The translations under genes were made by a program, and so were the position numbers. Under the pieces are notes generated by a model that saw only the letters and a program-made list of their open reading frames with translations, was not told the DNA's origin and did no database searches. This document shows, in pieces, positions 60,026-64,000 of a stretch of DNA of 64,000 nt (position 1 is the first letter of the stretch; each line of letters starts with the position of its first letter). This stretch comes from an uncultured Spirochaetota bacterium (GTDB taxonomy: Bacteria; Spirochaetota; Spirochaetia; SZUA-6; Fen-1364): assembly GCA_963820525.1 (NCBI GenBank), contig CAWGAA010000001.1:1344001-1408000 (forward strand), given 5' to 3'.

Positions 60026-61246
60026 ATGAAGAGACTCATTTCCCTGATTTCCATTGTTTTTCTCATGGCGGCGCTCGGACTGCCGGTGATTGCCGCTGCG
60101 GCTCCTGCGCAGGTCAGTCTCGGCTACTCCGGCGGTGTCTGGATCGAGAAATACTTCGACCAGGTTGTCGCCAGCCTTGGACAAGCCATGCCCGCAGTCC
60201 AGGTTAAGAAGGTGGTCTATCCCACGTACGACGATCTTCTCAACGGACTTCCGACACAGGTTGCCGCAAAGACGAATCCCGACATCCTGTACTGGACCAA
60301 TGAACAACTCGCGGATTACGTCAACAACGGCGTGCTGGCTCCCCTCGATCAACTGGTTCCGCAGACTCACATCGATCTGGCGAGCTTCTACAAGGGCCTT
60401 GTGCAGGGCTGGACGATGAACGGCAGTCTCTACGGCATTCCCTTCAACGGGCAGAACTCCGCGATGGTCGTGAACCTCGATCTGTTGAAAAAGGCCGGAA
60501 TTTCGGGGTTGCCGAAAACGATCCAGGAACTGGGCAAGGATGCCTCTCAGATTGCAGCCAAGACCGGTGGAACGGGCCTGGTTATTCTGGACAACCTGTT
60601 CCATCTTTCCCAGTACGTCTATGCATTCGGCGGCGGCTGGGGAAACGGGAAGACCATCAATTCGCCGCAGAACGTTCAGGGACTGCAGTTCCTTGTGGAT
60701 CTCTTCACGAAACAGAAGGCCGCTGCAACCGCTAAACAACTCGGCGCCGGCTGGGACGGCGAGGCATTCGCCAAGGGAAACGTGGGCTTTTCAACGGGCG
60801 GACCCTGGTACATCGGCTACATGCAGCAGGCCGGCCCCAATGTGCGCTACCAGCTCATGCCGATCCCCACGAGCGCCGGTGGAACGGCGATGGTGACCTA
60901 CGGCGGAGGGCTCTCGATATTCGCGAACGTGCAGGACACGCAATCGTCCATCCGCGTCATCGAGTTTTTGACCAACGACGACAACATGCGGCTGATGGCC
61001 ACAAGCGCTTTGAAGTACCTGCCTGCCAAGACCAAGTACATGGATCTCTACGTGCAGATCGTTCCGGAGTTTGCGCCGCTCAAAGATGCATTTTTCAAAG
61101 GAACTGCGCTCGATTATCCCCCGGCTATCAAGGAGTTCGGAGACGAGCTGATAAAGGGATTCGAGCAGATGGCCTTCCAGTCCGGTGGCCAGCTGACGCC
61201 GCAGAGCCTGCTGGCGACGCTGCAGCAGAAATACGGATCCAAGTGA
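60026..61246 (+). CDS. Sugar ABC transporter substrate-binding protein
   Basis: Signal peptide, PDIL, LYGIP, NLDLLKKAG, GGPW; GAGGAG SD. Confidence 0.92.
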   Translation: MKRLISLISIVFLMAALGLPVIAAAAPAQVSLGYSGGVWIEKYFDQVVASLGQAMPAVQVKKVVYPTYDDLLNGLPTQVAAKTNPDILYWTNEQLADYVNNGVLAPLDQLVPQTHIDLASFYKGLVQGWTMNGSLYGIPFNGQNSAMVVNLDLLKKAGISGLPKTIQELGKDASQIAAKTGGTGLVILDNLFHLSQYVYAFGGGWGNGKTINSPQNVQGLQFLVDLFTKQKAAATAKQLGAGWDGEAFAKGNVGFSTGGPWYIGYMQQAGPNVRYQLMPIPTSAGGTAMVTYGGGLSIFANVQDTQSSIRVIEFLTNDDNMRLMATSALKYLPAKTKYMDLYVQIVPEFAPLKDAFFKGTALDYPPAIKEFGDELIKGFEQMAFQSGGQLTPQSLLATLQQKYGSK

Positions 61247-61275
61247 ACAGGCGCTGAACGAAAGATTTCGCGAAG

Positions 61276-62205
61276 ATGCCTCCTGGCACGCTCTCATCGT
61301 CGGGATCGCATTGGCGGCGGCGGCACGCAGAAACGGCCGCCGCCTACATCCTGCTTGCGCCGGCATTGCTCCTCCTGGGGGTATGGTTTATCTATCCGAT
61401 TCTCTCTTCATTCGTCCTGAGCTTTCAGACGGTCAATATCTTCCATTACTCACAGAGACGTTTCATCGGTCTGGTCAACTTCCAGCAGCTCGCAAGCGAT
61501 CCTGTCTTTCGCTCTACGATCCGCATCACCTTCACGTTTGTTCTTTTGGTCGTGCCCGCCCAAACCTTTCTCGCGTTGCTCGCGGCGGTCGTCGTACAGA
61601 GCACGGGCAGGATGCGAACACTCTATCGCACGGTCTTTTTTGTTCCCTACGTCACCTCAACAGTTGCGGTGACGGCTGTCTTCATGGATCTTTTCACGCT
61701 TCATTCCGCACTGCCTGAGTTATTCAGCCACGTCGGTCTTCCTGACGTCAGCTGGTTCGCGGACGTTCGTCTCGCGCTTGTCTTTCTCGCCATGATCTAC
61801 GTCTGGATGAACCTGGGATTGTACATGGTGGTATTTCTGTCGGGGCTGCAGACGGTCCCCCCCGAGTTGTACGAGGCCGCCCGGGTGGACGGCGCGAACA
61901 AGCTTCACGAGTTCTTCTATATTACGGTTCCTTCCCTGCGACCGTTCGTGTTCTTCGTTTTCGTCTCGGGAATGATCGCGGCATTCCAGGTCTTCGATCA
62001 GGCATACGTCATTTCGGGGGGTACCGTGCTCGGCGGACCGGCCGGTGCCACCAGCACTATTGTGATCTTCATATTCGCGCAAGCATTCCGATACAACAAG
62101 CTCGGGTATGCAAGCGCCGCCGCGGTGCTCTTCCTCGTCATTGTCACCCTTGCGACAACCGTGCTGCGGCGGGCGTTCAGGGAGGAGACACGTGGAACGC
62201 GATAG
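61276..62205 (+). CDS. Carbohydrate ABC permease (MalF-like)
   Basis: LYEAARVDGA, ITVPSLRP, FQVFDQ, GYASA. Confidence 0.92.
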   Translation: MPPGTLSSSGSHWRRRHAETAAAYILLAPALLLLGVWFIYPILSSFVLSFQTVNIFHYSQRRFIGLVNFQQLASDPVFRSTIRITFTFVLLVVPAQTFLALLAAVVVQSTGRMRTLYRTVFFVPYVTSTVAVTAVFMDLFTLHSALPELFSHVGLPDVSWFADVRLALVFLAMIYVWMNLGLYMVVFLSGLQTVPPELYEAARVDGANKLHEFFYITVPSLRPFVFFVFVSGMIAAFQVFDQAYVISGGTVLGGPAGATSTIVIFIFAQAFRYNKLGYASAAAVLFLVIVTLATTVLRRAFREETRGTR

Positions 62206-63043
62206 GTTGCGCGCAGGGAGGACGCCCAAGCATACCCGCATGGTACTCGCTGTTCTTAAATATGTGGTCGTATCATTCGTGGGGGTCATGCTTCTGACCC
62301 CGCTGCTCTACGCAGTCTATTGTTCTCTTGAGCTGCCGAGGGATTACGGCCGCTTTGTGGGATTCGCAGGCCTGACGCTGTGGAATTACGGGCAAGTGAT
62401 CACTCTCGTCCCTATCCTCAGGTGGTACCTCAACACAATTGTGGTCACCGCCATCATCATGGTGGGCAATTTCGTCGTGAACACGCCCGCGGGTTACGCG
62501 CTGGCCCGCCTCGATTTCTGGGGCAAGCGCGCCGTCTTCATTCTCATTCTCTCCATCATGATGATCCCCCTGCAGGCGTACCTGATCCCCCTCTATCTGA
62601 TGGTGGCGAAGCTTCGATGGCTGAACAGCTATGCCTCCCTGACCATCCCCTTTATTGTGTACTGCTTTTTCATTTTCCTGATGCGCCAGTTTTTCCTCAC
62701 CATCCCCCGCGAATTCGACGATGCGGCCGAGGTAGACGGCCTGGGGAAAATCGGGACCTTCTTTCGCATAGCCCTGCCCCTGTCGCCTCCGGCGCTGGTA
62801 ACCCAGGCGGTCCTCGGATTCACAATGACGTGGAACAGCTTTCTCATCCCCGTCACGATGACCAACGATAAGAGCTTCTTTGTCCTTACCGTGGGATTGA
62901 ACACCCTCAAATCCCAATACTACGACTTTCCCACGGTTACCATGGCGGGCGTTATACTCCTGAGCGTTCCGGTGATCGCCGTCTTCATCGTTTTTCAAAG
63001 GTACATAGTTCCAAGCCTGGCTTCGAGCGGAATCAAGGGGTGA
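62192..63043 (+). CDS. Carbohydrate ABC permease (MalG-like); start approximate
   Basis: GYALARLDF, MRQFF, DAAEVDG, WNSFL, GIKG. Confidence 0.9.
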   Translation: MERDRLRAGRTPKHTRMVLAVLKYVVVSFVGVMLLTPLLYAVYCSLELPRDYGRFVGFAGLTLWNYGQVITLVPILRWYLNTIVVTAIIMVGNFVVNTPAGYALARLDFWGKRAVFILILSIMMIPLQAYLIPLYLMVAKLRWLNSYASLTIPFIVYCFFIFLMRQFFLTIPREFDDAAEVDGLGKIGTFFRIALPLSPPALVTQAVLGFTMTWNSFLIPVTMTNDKSFFVLTVGLNTLKSQYYDFPTVTMAGVILLSVPVIAVFIVFQRYIVPSLASSGIKG

Positions 63044-63086
63044 ACAACGGGAGGTTGAGCGGCATGAATTGGCTGGCGCATCGGCG

Positions 63087-64000
63087 ATGAGACACATTGT
63101 GCTGAGATTCGCGCGAGGAAGGCGTCTGCGATTCGACAGAAGCGGGATGGGTGAAGAATTCGGCCTGAGCATCGAGATCGGCCGAAAAACGGCAGCGCGG
63201 TGTGCCCAACCGCTCGCCGTGCAGCTTTTTTCCGGTTCCCACTTTGCGTGGTTTCGAGCGGGCTACCGCGGGCTTGAGCGCACGCGTGGCGGCGTCGTCC
63301 TCCGCGGAGATGTGGTCGTCGCTTCGTCGAAGGTGTCGTTTGTCGACGAGTTTTCCAGGCACGGCGATCATGTCGTGCTCTCGCGCCATGTGAAAGTCGA
63401 AGGCGATTCTCCCGGGTTCGGCTTTCTGACCGCGTTCGAATGGAACATCTCCGCGACGATGGACGATCCCTGGTTTGTACCCGGAGTCTGGTACGGGAAT
63501 AATCGGCACGTCCCGCCGTATGCAATCGGCGCGCCCGATTCACGCTCAGCTCAGAGCTACATTGTCTTTCGTGAAGACCGCCTCCCGCTGCCCCTGGTCA
63601 CGCACTTCGACGAGGAAAGCAGGACGCAGTTTTCAATGGCCCATCTGTCCGCCACTGCAAAGACGATTGCGGCCGATGACAACGACGCTCCCCTTGTAGA
63701 CGCGCATCTCGGATTCGGAGCGTTCGGCCTGTATAACGGCGGGGAAACCCTGGCATTCTGGTTTCCGGGCACGGAAGGAGAGACGACCTACCCTCCGATG
63801 TGGACTCTGGGACGGGGCAACAGCCAGTCCGAATCTCCGGTGAATCCTTTCGCCCTGAAGTCAGCGACAGCCGCGTCGCAGGCCTGGAGTTATCGCTATC
63901 ATCCGCTGCGGGATTCTTTTCAGCAGCGCTATATCCTGCGCCTGGACTGTGGACCTGTCGAAGGCTACGCGGCTGCATGCGATGAGGCATGGAGAAGGAT
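63087..64000 (+). CDS. Uncharacterised protein, runs off the right edge; apparent distant paralogue of 53426-55522
   Basis: Manual translation open from ATG 63087 to the window end: ...PWFVPGVWYGNN...IVFREDRLPLPLV...FPGTEGE...YHPL...GYAAACDEAWRR. Not in the ORF track. Confidence 0.7.
   Translation, partial: MRHIVLRFARGRRLRFDRSGMGEEFGLSIEIGRKTAARCAQPLAVQLFSGSHFAWFRAGYRGLERTRGGVVLRGDVVVASSKVSFVDEFSRHGDHVVLSRHVKVEGDSPGFGFLTAFEWNISATMDDPWFVPGVWYGNNRHVPPYAIGAPDSRSAQSYIVFREDRLPLPLVTHFDEESRTQFSMAHLSATAKTIAADDNDAPLVDAHLGFGAFGLYNGGETLAFWFPGTEGETTYPPMWTLGRGNSQSESPVNPFALKSATAASQAWSYRYHPLRDSFQQRYILRLDCGPVEGYAAACDEAWRR

Overview
A high-GC bacterial window, probably from a spirochaete (inferred from gene content). 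The left arm holds a partial gdhA, an inositol monophosphatase gene, a Phd/YefM-RelE toxin-antitoxin pair and a 12-gene type II secretion-like cluster (2.5-13.0 kb). A lower-GC accessory block (about 13.0-39.5 kb) carries two systems. The first is a tightly coupled DNA methyltransferase-NurA-HerA operon, a candidate defence system, with a frameshift at the herA start. The second is a polymorphic toxin locus: a ~2660-aa secreted Ig/FN3-repeat protein, a signal-peptide RHS/YD protein of 3388 aa after reconstruction, and a secreted candidate immunity protein. The RHS protein has a ZU5-like HFT motif and an L,D-transpeptidase-like C-terminal toxin, and it is split by an intact IS256-family element with a 9-bp target duplication. 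The right arm holds housekeeping genes, an arginine-synthetase-like gene next to ornithine carbamoyltransferase, tRNA-Leu(GAG), a selD/yqeB/yqeC/xdhC selenium-molybdenum cluster, and two mirror-image sugar ABC operons around a GntR-LacI regulator that share a promoter/operator architecture. All family calls come from reading motifs by eye; no searches were run.
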